DNA of 64,000 nt from the NCBI GenBank assembly GCA_018818205.1, contig JAHISJ010000013.1, positions 16,661 through 80,660 on the forward strand, in the 5' to 3' direction. Each line of letters opens with the position of its first letter. Within the stretch, counting starts at the first letter, position 1. The stretch comes from Patescibacteria group bacterium (GTDB lineage Bacteria; Patescibacteriota; JABMPQ01; JAHIRA01). Under the pieces are notes generated by a model that was not told the DNA's origin, made no database searches, and saw nothing but the letters and a program-made list of their open reading frames with translations. Shown one piece after another: positions 17,772-28,903 of the stretch. The position numbers and the translations under genes were made by a program.

Positions 17772-18932
17772 ATGGCTAAGGATACGTATCTTTTTACATC
17801 AGAATCGGTAACTGAGGGTCATCCGGACAAAATCTGTGACCAAATTTCTGACGCAGTTTTAGATGAAATTTTGACTCATGATCCTAATGGAAAATGTTGC
17901 TGTGAAGCGTTTACCACAACAGGGATGGTTGTTGTTGGCGGAGAAATTAGTACAAGTCATTATGTTGATATTCCAAAAATTGTTCGTTCAACATTAGAAG
18001 ATATTGGGTATACCGATCCCGCGTATGGCATTGATTGTAATAGTTGTGGCGTTGTTAACGCGATAGATGAACAGAGTGCTGACATTGCGCAAGGTGAAGA
18101 CGTTTCAGAAGGCACGCATAAAGCAATGGGCGCCGGTGATCAAGGGATGATGTTTGGCTATGCGGTAGATGAAACCGGTACTCTTATGCCCCTTCCCATT
18201 TCACTTGCTCATAGTCTTACAAAGAAGCTGGCAGAAGTTAGAAAGGATGGAGATCTGTCATATTTGAGGCCGGATGGGAAGTCGCAGGTCACCGTAGAGT
18301 ATGAAGATGGTAAACCAAAACGAGTTGATGCTGTGGTTATTGCTGCACAGCATGATCCTGATGTTGAACTTGATAGTCTTAGGGATGATGTTAAGTCAAA
18401 AGTAATTGAGCCGGTGTGCGGAGAGTTTATTGACGATGATACGCGAATGTACATAAACGAGACCGGTAGGTTTGTAGAAGGAGGTCCTCATGCAGATACA
18501 GGGCTTACCGGAAGAAAGATTATTGTTGATACGTATGGTGGAAAAGGATCGCACGGCGGCGGTTGTTTTAGCGGCAAGGGGCCAAATAAGCAGGATCGGT
18601 CGGGCGCGTATGTGGGACGGTATATTGCGAAAAACATTGTTGCAGCAGGTCTTGCAAAGGAATGTGAAGTTCAGTTATCATATGCAATAGGGTATCCTGA
18701 GCCGGTTTCAGTCATGGTCAATACGTTTGGAACAGGGGTGGTGCCAGATAGCACTATCGCTGAGCTAGTGAAAGAAGTATTTGACCTTACTCCCTCAGGG
18801 ATAATCGAGTCACTTGATCTTTTGCGTCCTATTTATAAGCCAACAGCAGCGTATGGTCATTTTGGAAGAGAGGATTTGAATGTCCCATGGGAAAAGACGA
18901 ATAAAATAGATTCATTACAAAAAAAGGTATGA
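17772..18932 (+). CDS. metK: S-adenosylmethionine synthetase
   Basis: [57 protein letters not shown]. Confidence 0.97.
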   Translation: MAKDTYLFTSESVTEGHPDKICDQISDAVLDEILTHDPNGKCCCEAFTTTGMVVVGGEISTSHYVDIPKIVRSTLEDIGYTDPAYGIDCNSCGVVNAIDEQSADIAQGEDVSEGTHKAMGAGDQGMMFGYAVDETGTLMPLPISLAHSLTKKLAEVRKDGDLSYLRPDGKSQVTVEYEDGKPKRVDAVVIAAQHDPDVELDSLRDDVKSKVIEPVCGEFIDDDTRMYINETGRFVEGGPHADTGLTGRKIIVDTYGGKGSHGGGCFSGKGPNKQDRSGAYVGRYIAKNIVAAGLAKECEVQLSYAIGYPEPVSVMVNTFGTGVVPDSTIAELVKEVFDLTPSGIIESLDLLRPIYKPTAAYGHFGREDLNVPWEKTNKIDSLQKKV

Positions 18933-19858
18933 ACGTACTAGTAACCGGTGGAGCGGGATTAATCGGAACGCACCTTTGCGAGAAGCTTCTAGATGAAGGT
19001 CACCGTGTTTTTTGCGTTGATAATTTTTCTTCGGGACAAAAAGCGAATATTGTAGTGCTCAGCAATAATTCGCAATTTACTCTTATTGAGCATGATATTT
19101 GTATTCCTCTTACTGTAGATGAAAAAATCGACCAGATCTATAATCTAGCAAGCCCTGCGTCCCCATTAGACTTTACTACTTTGAGTCTTGAGATTCTTCA
19201 TGCAAATTCCCTGGGACTTGAGAATATGCTTAATCTTGCAAAGGAGCATTCGGCTAGAATCGTGCATGCTTCAACGTCTGAGGTGTATGGCGATCCTCTT
19301 GAACATCCGCAAAAAGAGACTTATTTTGGCAATGTTAATTCATATGGGCCACGTTCGTGCTATGATGAGTCTAAGCGGTACGGAGAAGCACTTATATACT
19401 CGTACAGAAAACGATATACTTTAGATACAGGCATTGTACGTATATTTAACACCTATGGTCCGTATATGCGGCCTGATGATGGCCGGGTGATTTCTACATT
19501 TGTGGTTCAGGCACTTAAAGGAGACGATTTGACGGTGATGGGCACTGGCGATCAGACTCGGTCATTCTGCTTTGTCTCTGATATGGTTTCTGGTCTTCAA
19601 TCTATGATGGAAAGTACAGAAGAGGGGCCAATTAACCTGGGGAATCCCGATGAATATGCTATAGTAGATTTTGCAGAAAAAGTGATAGCGTTTACCGGTA
19701 CCGAGTCAAAAATTAACTATATTCCTCTTACTAAAGATGATCCTGAAAAGAGAAGGCCAGACATTTCTCTTGCAAAAGAAAAGCTTGGGTTTAACCCTCA
19801 AGTTGCCTTAAAAGAGGGGATTTCAAAGACTGTTGATTATTTTAAAGGTATAATTTAG
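18929..19858 (+). CDS. UDP-glucuronate decarboxylase (UDP-xylose synthase)-like
   Basis: [58 protein letters not shown]. Confidence 0.9.
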   Translation: MNVLVTGGAGLIGTHLCEKLLDEGHRVFCVDNFSSGQKANIVVLSNNSQFTLIEHDICIPLTVDEKIDQIYNLASPASPLDFTTLSLEILHANSLGLENMLNLAKEHSARIVHASTSEVYGDPLEHPQKETYFGNVNSYGPRSCYDESKRYGEALIYSYRKRYTLDTGIVRIFNTYGPYMRPDDGRVISTFVVQALKGDDLTVMGTGDQTRSFCFVSDMVSGLQSMMESTEEGPINLGNPDEYAIVDFAEKVIAFTGTESKINYIPLTKDDPEKRRPDISLAKEKLGFNPQVALKEGISKTVDYFKGII

Positions 19859-19866
19859 GAACAACC

Positions 19867-21183
19867 ATGAAGATAACTGTTGTTGGAACAGGGTATGTAG
19901 GATTAGTAACCGGGACTATTTTTGCAGATTTCGGGAACGAGGTTACCTGTATTGACATTGACGAAGAGAAAGTAGAAAATTTAAAAAAAGGGATTTCGCC
20001 TATATACGAGCCGGGACTAGAAGAAGTTATTCAAAGAAATATTGAAAGTGGTAAGCTTTTATTTTCAACGGATATTACATTGCCTGCGCAGGAATCTGAG
20101 GTGATATTCATTGCTGTTGGGACGCCACAAGACGAAGACGGTAGCGCTGATTTGCAGTATGTCCAAGCTGTGGCAAAAGATATTGGTGAGGCACTCAAGA
20201 AATCTGATACACAGAATAGATCGTATAAAGTTATTGTTAATAAAAGTACTGTCCCAGTTGGAACGGGAGACATTGTTAAGAGTATTATTTCTGAGCACTA
20301 TGAAGGACCGCTTGATGTTGTATCCAATCCGGAATTCTTACGAGAAGGACAAGCAGTGCATGATTGTATTAATCCCGACCGTGTAGTAGTTGGTATTGAT
20401 GATATGACTGATAAAGCTAAAGAGGTGATACGAGAGCTTTATAGACCAGTAAAATGTCCGGTTTTATTTACTGACATAAAGAGTGCTGAGCTTATTAAAT
20501 ATGCATCGAATAGCTATCTTGCCATGTCTGTCTCCTTTATTAATGATGTTGCAGCAGTGTGCGAATCACTTGGTGGTAACGTTGATCTTGTGTCAGAGGG
20601 AATGAAGCTTGATAAGCGTATTGGCAAGCACGCGTTTCTCTCTGCAGGGCTTGGCTATGGTGGGTCTTGTTTTCCAAAAGATGTGCAGGCGCTTATTAAT
20701 ATTTCAAATAAGGCAGAAGTAAACTTTGGTATGCTTAAGGCAGCAGAGGAGACGAACATGCGACAAAAGAAAAGTGCTGTAGAGAAACTAAAGATTCTAT
20801 TGGGCGATCTTTCCGGAAAGACGATTGCTCTTTGGGGGCTTGCGTTTAAGCCAAACACTGATGATTTACGGGATGCAGTATCGCTGGTGATTATTGAAGA
20901 TCTTTTGCAAGAAGGAGTTACCGTTAAGGTCTATGATCCGGTTGCAATGGAGAACATGAAGAAAATACACGCTGATCTTACATATAGTGATTCAGCGTTT
21001 GCTGCTGTAGAGGATGCAAATGGTTTGATTGTTGTTACTGAGTGGGATGAGTTTTATCAGATTGATCCTGTTGAGTTAAAAAAGAGGATGAGCGAGCCTA
21101 ATGTGGTGGATGGCAGGAACGTGTTTGATCCCAATGAAATGAGAGAAAATGGCTTTAATTACATAAGCGTAGGGAGATCATGA
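19867..21183 (+). CDS. ugd: UDP-glucose 6-dehydrogenase
   Basis: GTGYVGL, KSTVPVGT, NPEFLREG, GYGGSCFPKD, FKPNTDD. Confidence 0.95.
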   Translation: MKITVVGTGYVGLVTGTIFADFGNEVTCIDIDEEKVENLKKGISPIYEPGLEEVIQRNIESGKLLFSTDITLPAQESEVIFIAVGTPQDEDGSADLQYVQAVAKDIGEALKKSDTQNRSYKVIVNKSTVPVGTGDIVKSIISEHYEGPLDVVSNPEFLREGQAVHDCINPDRVVVGIDDMTDKAKEVIRELYRPVKCPVLFTDIKSAELIKYASNSYLAMSVSFINDVAAVCESLGGNVDLVSEGMKLDKRIGKHAFLSAGLGYGGSCFPKDVQALINISNKAEVNFGMLKAAEETNMRQKKSAVEKLKILLGDLSGKTIALWGLAFKPNTDDLRDAVSLVIIEDLLQEGVTVKVYDPVAMENMKKIHADLTYSDSAFAAVEDANGLIVVTEWDEFYQIDPVELKKRMSEPNVVDGRNVFDPNEMRENGFNYISVGRS

Positions 21184-22130
21184 GAGTTCTTGTTACCGGA
21201 GTTGCTGGGTTTATAGGGAGTCATGTTGCGGGGAATCTTTTAGAACGTGGCGACACGGTTGTTGGTGTTGATAACTTTTGTGACTACTATGATCCGCAGA
21301 TAAAAAAGAGGAATATTAGAGAGTTGGAATCGAATGAGCGTTTTACATTGTACCAAGAGGACGTTGAGGATTATCTACACATAAAGCTTATATTTGAGGA
21401 AGAAAAGCCGGATAAAGTTGTTCATCTTGCTGCGAGAGCAGGTGTTAGAGCCTCTATTGAGGATCCGCTTACCTATTCTCATGTAAATAATATTGGCACC
21501 TCAACCTTACTTGAGATGTCCCGGGTGTTCGATGTACAAAATTTTGTGTTTGCGTCTTCTTCTTCCGTGTATGGGAATAATACAAAGGTGCCGTTTTCAG
21601 AAAAAGATTCCGTCGATTTTCCTATTTCTCCGTATGCTGCAACCAAAAAGGCCGGTGAGTTACTCTGTCATGTATATAGTCATCTGCATAATCTTCCCTG
21701 TACGTGCCTTAGGTTCTTTACAGTGTATGGACCAAAGGGAAGACCGGATATGGCGCCATACAAGTTTGTTAAGGTGGTTTCTGAGGGTACTGAGCTTACG
21801 AAGTTTGGTGATGGTACTACCAGTAGAGATTATACGTATATTGATGATATCGTAGATGGTGTGGTTTCGGCAGTTGATGCTAATCTTCAGTATGAGATAA
21901 TCAATCTTGGAAATTCTCAAACGGTGACCCTAAATCAGTTTATTGACGTTGTGGAAAGGCTTATAGACAAGCAGGCACACATTGTTCAGATGCCAATACC
22001 ACCTGGAGATGTAGAGCGTACGTATGCGGATATTTCTCGGGCTAAAGAACTTTTGGGGTATAATCCAATTACCAAGTTTGAAGATGGAATGGAGAAGTTT
22101 GTTGAGTGGTATTTAGAAGAGAGAGTGTAG
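21180..22130 (+). CDS. UDP-glucuronate 4-epimerase-like SDR
   Basis: LAARAGVR, ASSSSVYG, YAATKKAGE, RFFTVYGPKGRPDMA. Confidence 0.88.
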   Translation: MRVLVTGVAGFIGSHVAGNLLERGDTVVGVDNFCDYYDPQIKKRNIRELESNERFTLYQEDVEDYLHIKLIFEEEKPDKVVHLAARAGVRASIEDPLTYSHVNNIGTSTLLEMSRVFDVQNFVFASSSSVYGNNTKVPFSEKDSVDFPISPYAATKKAGELLCHVYSHLHNLPCTCLRFFTVYGPKGRPDMAPYKFVKVVSEGTELTKFGDGTTSRDYTYIDDIVDGVVSAVDANLQYEIINLGNSQTVTLNQFIDVVERLIDKQAHIVQMPIPPGDVERTYADISRAKELLGYNPITKFEDGMEKFVEWYLEERV

Positions 22131-22137
22131 TGTTTCT

Positions 22138-22212
22138 AAATTATCAATGATCAATTCTCATTTTTCTGACAGAATTAAGTGTTGAAAATTGGTAATTGAT
22201 CATTGATCATTT
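22138..22212. repeat. inverted repeat built from heptamer units
   Basis: AAATTATCAATGATCAATT (22138-22156) pairs with AATTGATCATTGATCATTT (22194-22212), one mismatch. Confidence 0.7.
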
Positions 22213-22229
22213 CAAGATGACTAACATAA

Positions 22230-23231
<1,002 letters not shown>

Positions 23232-23238
23232 GGGGAAT

Positions 23239-23268
23239 TTGACAAATAGAGCCCATAAAGATTACAAT
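23239..23268 (+). promoter_or_regulatory. sigma70 promoter, near-leaderless
   Basis: TTGACA 23239-23244, 18-bp spacer, TACAAT 23263-23268; ATG at 23277. Confidence 0.65.
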
Positions 23269-23276
23269 TCAGAGCT

Positions 23277-24221
23277 ATGAATGATCATAAGATTTTAGAG
23301 TATTCTGTTGTTGTTCCATTTTACAATGAGCAGGGGAATGTCACTCCTCTTTATTCTGATCTAAAAAAAGTATTTGAAGAAATAAGTGGAGAGTACGAAA
23401 TTATTTTTGTCAATGACGGTTCAATCGACAACACATTGCAGGAAATGAAGGAGCTTAAGCCTCTCAAGATAATCAATTTTAGGAAAAATTTTGGGCAAAC
23501 TGCTGCACTAGATGCGGGTTTCAAAGAAGCGAAAGGAAAGTATATTATTACCTTGGACGGTGACGGGCAAAATCCTCCTTCAGAAATTCCTATACTGATA
23601 TCAAAAATGGAGGAAGGTGGTCTTGATGTTGTCTGTGGGTGGCGGTATAAGCGCAAGGACACTACATTGAAACGAGTTTTTTCACGAGGAGCGTATTTTT
23701 TGAGAGGGTTTTTGGTTAAAGATCATGTGCATGATGCGGGGTGTACGCTTAGATTGTATAAAAAAGAGTGTTTTGATGATTTTGATTTATTCGGGGAGAT
23801 GCACAGGTTCATTCCTGCGGCATTGTATTGGAGAGGTTTTAGGGTAGGTGAAATAAAGGTGTCACACAAACCTCGTGTGCATGGTCTAAGCAAGTACAAT
23901 TGGACACGAGCGCTTAAAGGGTTTATTGACATGATTTCTATTTGGTTTTGGAGAAAGTTCTCTAATCGGCCCCTTCATTTATTTGGAGGCGCAGGAATAT
24001 TTTTTGTTCTTATTGGTGTACTGTTTTTTATTGTTCTTGGTTTGTTAAGACTTTTTCTTGGGTATAGTCTTTCTGACAAGATTTGGCCACTTGTTGCAAC
24101 GTTGCTTATTGTTGTTGGTGTCCAGCTTTTTGTATCAGGAATAATGACCGATATTCTAATTAAGGGCTATTATTCTAACGGAAAGACATCGTATAATATC
24201 AAAGACATTATTGTAAATTAG
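23277..24221 (+). CDS. polyprenyl-phosphate glycosyltransferase (ArnC/GtrB-like GT2)
   Basis: NDGS, NFGQTAA, LDGDGQNPP, GEMHRFIP, two C-terminal TMs. Confidence 0.9.
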   Translation: MNDHKILEYSVVVPFYNEQGNVTPLYSDLKKVFEEISGEYEIIFVNDGSIDNTLQEMKELKPLKIINFRKNFGQTAALDAGFKEAKGKYIITLDGDGQNPPSEIPILISKMEEGGLDVVCGWRYKRKDTTLKRVFSRGAYFLRGFLVKDHVHDAGCTLRLYKKECFDDFDLFGEMHRFIPAALYWRGFRVGEIKVSHKPRVHGLSKYNWTRALKGFIDMISIWFWRKFSNRPLHLFGGAGIFFVLIGVLFFIVLGLLRLFLGYSLSDKIWPLVATLLIVVGVQLFVSGIMTDILIKGYYSNGKTSYNIKDIIVN

Positions 24222-24225
24222 AGGG

Positions 24226-25335
24226 ATGAGGATACTCGTACTCAACCATGAATTTCCCCCTGTCGGAGGCGGTGCGAGCCCGGTTAGTTTTGGTTTAGCT
24301 GAATACTATGCTAAAGCCGGTCATGAAGTATCTGTAGTTACTATGGCATTTTCAGATTTGCCTGAAAAACAGAAAGTAAATGAGAAACTTACTATTTTTA
24401 GGGTGACCCCAGGTAGGAAGCATAAGGAAAAATCTAAAATGAGTGAACACATAACATATATCCAAAGAGGGTATGCGATGTGTAAACATCTGCATCGGGA
24501 GAAACAATTTGATGTATGCCACACGCATTTTGCTTTACCAGGGGGAATCCTTGCCCTACGGTTAAAGAATAAGCTCGGATTACCCTATATTTTGTCAGTG
24601 CATGGTAGTGATGTTCCAGGTCATAATCCAGGCTTTAATACTATCCACACAATAATGAGTTCATTGACCAAGAGGGTTTTCAGCAATGCTCGTAACGTTA
24701 CTTATCCATCAAGAAGCTTGAAGGATATAGTGATAAAGCTATATCCTTCGTTGTCAAATAAAAGTGTCACTATTGCAAATGGATCAAAAGACTATTATCG
24801 GGAGGCTATCAAGGAAGAGAATATTGTTATTTTTGTGGGGAGACTGCAGAATATAAAAAGGGTTGATGTATTGATTGAGGCTTTTAAGAGAGCTAATAAT
24901 TCACATTGGAAACTCTATATTATTGGCGATGGTCCGGAAAAGGAGAATTTGAAGGCTAATTCAGAAGGCAAAGAAAATATCATTTTTACTGGGTGGATGA
25001 GCAATGAAAGTAATGAATATACTGAATTGCTTAACAAGGCTAAGATTTTTTGTTCACTTTCTTCGACTGAATCTCAGGGGATAGCCCTTGTGGAAGCAAT
25101 GAGTGCAGGCTGTGCACTGGTAGTGTCTAATATTGATGCGCATAGAGAGACAACAGACAAAAGCACAGCAGTGTTTATTAATGGCGAGAAAATTGATGAG
25201 GCGCGTAAAGCCATTCAGTGGTTAATAGATAATCCTAGTGAATGTCGAAAGAAGGGAAGTAATGCACGTCAAATGTATAAAGAAAGATTTATTTGGGATA
25301 CTATTTCACCTCGATATTTAGATCTGTTCACTTAG
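24226..25335 (+). CDS. GT4 glycosyltransferase
   Basis: EFPPVGGG, HGSDVPG, VGRL, ESQGIALVEAM. Confidence 0.9.
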   Translation: MRILVLNHEFPPVGGGASPVSFGLAEYYAKAGHEVSVVTMAFSDLPEKQKVNEKLTIFRVTPGRKHKEKSKMSEHITYIQRGYAMCKHLHREKQFDVCHTHFALPGGILALRLKNKLGLPYILSVHGSDVPGHNPGFNTIHTIMSSLTKRVFSNARNVTYPSRSLKDIVIKLYPSLSNKSVTIANGSKDYYREAIKEENIVIFVGRLQNIKRVDVLIEAFKRANNSHWKLYIIGDGPEKENLKANSEGKENIIFTGWMSNESNEYTELLNKAKIFCSLSSTESQGIALVEAMSAGCALVVSNIDAHRETTDKSTAVFINGEKIDEARKAIQWLIDNPSECRKKGSNARQMYKERFIWDTISPRYLDLFT

Positions 25336-25339
25336 TAAT

Positions 25340-26251
25340 ATGAGTATAAATAGCACAACTTATTCATATGCATTACTTATTTTGCATTGGAAGAATGTCG
25401 ATGATACCCTTGCATGCGTCGATTCGCTCTTAGGAAGTGTAAGTGACTCATGTATGCTGTATTTGCTTTGCAATGGTTCGTCTGAAGGAGATAATTCAGT
25501 AATTAAAAAAAAGTGTGCAAGCATTCCCTTCGTTACTATAATAAACTCTGAGTATAATCGTGGCTTCGCAGGCGGAAGCAATTATTTGATAAAGACAGCT
25601 AAAGAGAATGATCACGACTTTTACATTCTTATTAATAATGACACAATTCTTGACCGACAGTTTGTTCAAAAAGTTGATAGAGAATTAGTAGCCATAAATG
25701 ATGATAAGATAGGTATTTTTGTTCCCACAATTTATTATTATGACTCAGATTTAAGTAAGAAGAATATTTGGCGTGCAGGTGATTCAAAAAAGGTTCTTTT
25801 AGAAAGTAACAAAATTAAGAGACCTGTTGGCTGTATATATGGCATAAGTGAGAAACTTATAAACAAAATAGGGTATTTTGATGAGAATTTTTTTGCATAC
25901 GGTGAAGAGGTTGATTATAATTATAGAGCAAAAAAAGCAGGCTTTTCATTGTGTTATCTTCCAAAGGTCAATGCATGGCATAAAGTTGTTGAACATGCAG
26001 ATTCGGAGTTAAAGACGTATCTTAGTGTGCGGAATAACTATTATCTGTACAATAAAAGGAACTTCCTTGATAGATACCTCTATTTCACTTATTTTTTTAT
26101 TGTTAAATTACCGCGTAAATTTTTTTTGATATTATATAAAAACAAAAAAAATTTACCCGTATTTTTTAGGGCTAATAAAGATGGATTGGCCTGGATAAAA
26201 ACAGGGAAAAAGCCTCGGAGTGATTTTATAACTGAAACCGAACGGACATGA
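25340..26251 (+). CDS. GT2 glycosyltransferase
   Basis: NRGFAGGSN, INND, FDENFFAYGEEVD. Confidence 0.88.
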   Translation: MSINSTTYSYALLILHWKNVDDTLACVDSLLGSVSDSCMLYLLCNGSSEGDNSVIKKKCASIPFVTIINSEYNRGFAGGSNYLIKTAKENDHDFYILINNDTILDRQFVQKVDRELVAINDDKIGIFVPTIYYYDSDLSKKNIWRAGDSKKVLLESNKIKRPVGCIYGISEKLINKIGYFDENFFAYGEEVDYNYRAKKAGFSLCYLPKVNAWHKVVEHADSELKTYLSVRNNYYLYNKRNFLDRYLYFTYFFIVKLPRKFFLILYKNKKNLPVFFRANKDGLAWIKTGKKPRSDFITETERT

Positions 26252-27354
26252 AAAAAGTATTGATTATTAATGATGGAAATTCAATTGGAGGTGGAGTGAT
26301 TGTTACAAATCGTATAGTAAATTATATTCGTGAACATTATAGCAGTGATGTTGATATTAAAGTTTTAAGCCCATTTGACGGTCTGGAAGATCTTCCTAAA
26401 GAACGCAAAATTTCTGTCCGCGTGTTCAATATCTTTGACGAATACTTGTTCTACCCAACGAGCTTTATTCGTCTTATTAAGTCAATAAGAGAAGTAGATA
26501 TTGTTCATTTTCATAATGTATGGACATTTTCTTCCCTTATTCCTTTATTTCTCTCATTTTTGCTTAGAAAAATAATAATTTCTACTCAGCATGCGATGCC
26601 TGGGGATCCCTGTAAAAAGGGGATTCAGAAGGTTATTATGGCAACGAGGCACTCAGTTATTATCCAGTGCATTGCTCTTATTCCAAAGACAGTGGTTTTT
26701 TTAACGAATGCTCAAAAGAATGAGTTTCTAAAGCGAACACTCTTTAAGTCTAGTCTTAGCAAAAAGAGTATTATTATTCCAAACTGTCTTAGTAAATCAT
26801 ATTTACAAAAAAAACAGCAAGTAAGCCAAAAGCGAATGAAGCTGCTTTATGTCGGTAGATTGAGCTACAGTAAAGGGTTTGATACAATGCTTGCATTGAT
26901 TACTGAGCTTGGTTTAATAGATTGCTGCTATACAATAGTTGGTAAGGTAAAAGAGGACGATTTACTTATGAGAATGAAGCGTTTGCAAGAAATTGGTTAT
27001 CCTGTTACCTATGTTGAAGTGGTTGAATCAAATGATATGGTTTGCTATTATGATAGCAATGACGTGCTTATAGTACCGTCATGTTCAGAGGTTTCTCCAC
27101 TTGTAGTGCTAGAAGCAAAAGCACGTGGGTTATCTATTGTTATTTCAGACATTCCTGGTATGAATGAATGTGTCGTTGAAGGAGAAAATGGATTTAGGTT
27201 TACGCTTTTAGATGCAAAGGAAGCAGCATGCAAAGTGCGTGCATTGCGTAATGACTCTGGACTAATGCATTATATCTCAGAAAATAATAATAAGAATGCT
27301 GAGGCACAAACATTAGACAAGATTGTACCTCAAGTTTTAGAATTGTATTCATAA
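26248..27354 (+). CDS. GT4 glycosyltransferase
   Basis: YVGRLSYSKG, PSCSEVSPLVVLEA, SDIPG. Confidence 0.85.
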   Translation: MKKVLIINDGNSIGGGVIVTNRIVNYIREHYSSDVDIKVLSPFDGLEDLPKERKISVRVFNIFDEYLFYPTSFIRLIKSIREVDIVHFHNVWTFSSLIPLFLSFLLRKIIISTQHAMPGDPCKKGIQKVIMATRHSVIIQCIALIPKTVVFLTNAQKNEFLKRTLFKSSLSKKSIIIPNCLSKSYLQKKQQVSQKRMKLLYVGRLSYSKGFDTMLALITELGLIDCCYTIVGKVKEDDLLMRMKRLQEIGYPVTYVEVVESNDMVCYYDSNDVLIVPSCSEVSPLVVLEAKARGLSIVISDIPGMNECVVEGENGFRFTLLDAKEAACKVRALRNDSGLMHYISENNNKNAEAQTLDKIVPQVLELYS

Positions 27355-28119
27355 ATGGTTATCCAGCCGTATCATAAGGATTTATTTTTAGAGCTTCTTA
27401 AGGCAGACTTTAAGGTTCGTTACCAAGGGTCGATTTTGGGTTTTGTCTGGGTATTGCTCAGACCCTTTCTCTTGTTTATGATTTTTTATATTATCTTCTC
27501 GTATATTTTTTCACGAGGGGATAGTCACTTTGCGATTCGATTAATACTAGGACTAATCATTTTTACGTATTTTTCTGAGGCGACAACTCATGGTCTTACC
27601 TCCCTGATAAATAAAGCTGATGTTATTCTAAAGGTGAATTTTCCAAGACAAATTGTTGTTATTTCCTCTATAGTAAATTCTTTACTTACACTCTTTTTTA
27701 GTTTTGTTATTTTTATTGCATTTTGGGTTTTTAATCCAACCTCAGTTTCCGCGCTTTGGCTTTTGTTTCCAGTGTATCTGCTTGTCCTCTCAATTCTTAT
27801 TACTGGACTTTCTTTTTTTCTAAGTGTTCTATCTGTTAAATTCAGAGATATGCAGATGATTTGGGAGCTTTTTATCCAGATCCTTTTTTATGGCAGTGCA
27901 ATTTTTTATCCAATTTCTATATTATCGCCAAAGTTGCAAGAGTATATGTATTGGAATCCTATTTTTGTTATAATTCAGCAATGCAGGGAAATTTTGATAG
28001 ACAACACTATGCCTGATTTAAAGTTTCTTTTTGTTATTTCGCTCGCAAGTGTTGCATTTTTTATTTTGGGATATGTTTATTTCAAACGTAATATTAAGCG
28101 AATAGCAGAATACTTCTAG
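27355..28119 (+). CDS. wzm: ABC-2 polysaccharide exporter permease
   Basis: DFKVRYQGSILGFVW, FRD, FYGSAIFYP, WNP; about 6 TMs. Confidence 0.92.
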   Translation: MVIQPYHKDLFLELLKADFKVRYQGSILGFVWVLLRPFLLFMIFYIIFSYIFSRGDSHFAIRLILGLIIFTYFSEATTHGLTSLINKADVILKVNFPRQIVVISSIVNSLLTLFFSFVIFIAFWVFNPTSVSALWLLFPVYLLVLSILITGLSFFLSVLSVKFRDMQMIWELFIQILFYGSAIFYPISILSPKLQEYMYWNPIFVIIQQCREILIDNTMPDLKFLFVISLASVAFFILGYVYFKRNIKRIAEYF

Positions 28120-28120
28120 T

Positions 28121-28852
28121 ATGAACGAAGCTATAATACAAGTTAAAAATATTTCTAAGGTTTTTATGATCCCTGAAGAAAACAGGAATACTTTACGGGA
28201 ACATTTTTGGAATTTTTTTCGTCCGATGAAACACAAAAAGTTTCAAGCGCTTGATAATGTTTCTTTTGAAGTGAACAGGGGTGAGTGGCTAGGTATAATA
28301 GGAAGGAACGGTTCAGGGAAGTCGACTCTACTTAAAATTTTAGCTGGGATTTATTTGCCGGATTCAGGAAGGTTTTGTAGAAATGGTTCCCTTGTTCCTT
28401 TCTTGGAGCTTGGTGTTGGTTTCAATTTTGAACTTTCAGCTCGTGAAAATATTTTCTTGAATGGAACAATTCTAGGAATGACTCGAAAAGAAATCAATGC
28501 TGTTTTTGACGCGATTGTAGAGTTTGCTGAGATTAAAGAATTTTTAGACTTGCCTCTTAAAAACTATTCTTCAGGAATGAAGGTGCGTCTTGCATTTGCA
28601 ATAGCTACAAAAGTTGATGCTGACATTTACCTTTTAGACGAGGTAATGGCTGTTGGCGATTACGTTTTTAAGGAGAAATGTACCAGTGTTTTTGAAGAAA
28701 TGAAGGAAAAGGGGAAAACAATTATTTTTGTAAGTCATAGTATGGATGACATTAAAAGGTACTGTGACAAAGCGCTTATAATTAAGAAGGGTGTGCTCGA
28801 TAAATTTGGAGATGCTGATACTATTACTTCCTTATATGAAGTACAAGAGTAG
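28121..28852 (+). CDS. wzt: polysaccharide ABC exporter ATPase without C-terminal carbohydrate-binding domain
   Basis: GRNGSGKST, YSSGM, LLDEV, VSH; only 243 aa. Confidence 0.93.
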   Translation: MNEAIIQVKNISKVFMIPEENRNTLREHFWNFFRPMKHKKFQALDNVSFEVNRGEWLGIIGRNGSGKSTLLKILAGIYLPDSGRFCRNGSLVPFLELGVGFNFELSARENIFLNGTILGMTRKEINAVFDAIVEFAEIKEFLDLPLKNYSSGMKVRLAFAIATKVDADIYLLDEVMAVGDYVFKEKCTSVFEEMKEKGKTIIFVSHSMDDIKRYCDKALIIKKGVLDKFGDADTITSLYEVQE

Positions 28853-28903
28853 TTAAGTTTTGGAATTGATATTTACTTTAATTACAAAGTTAGTGGTTTA
28901 TAG

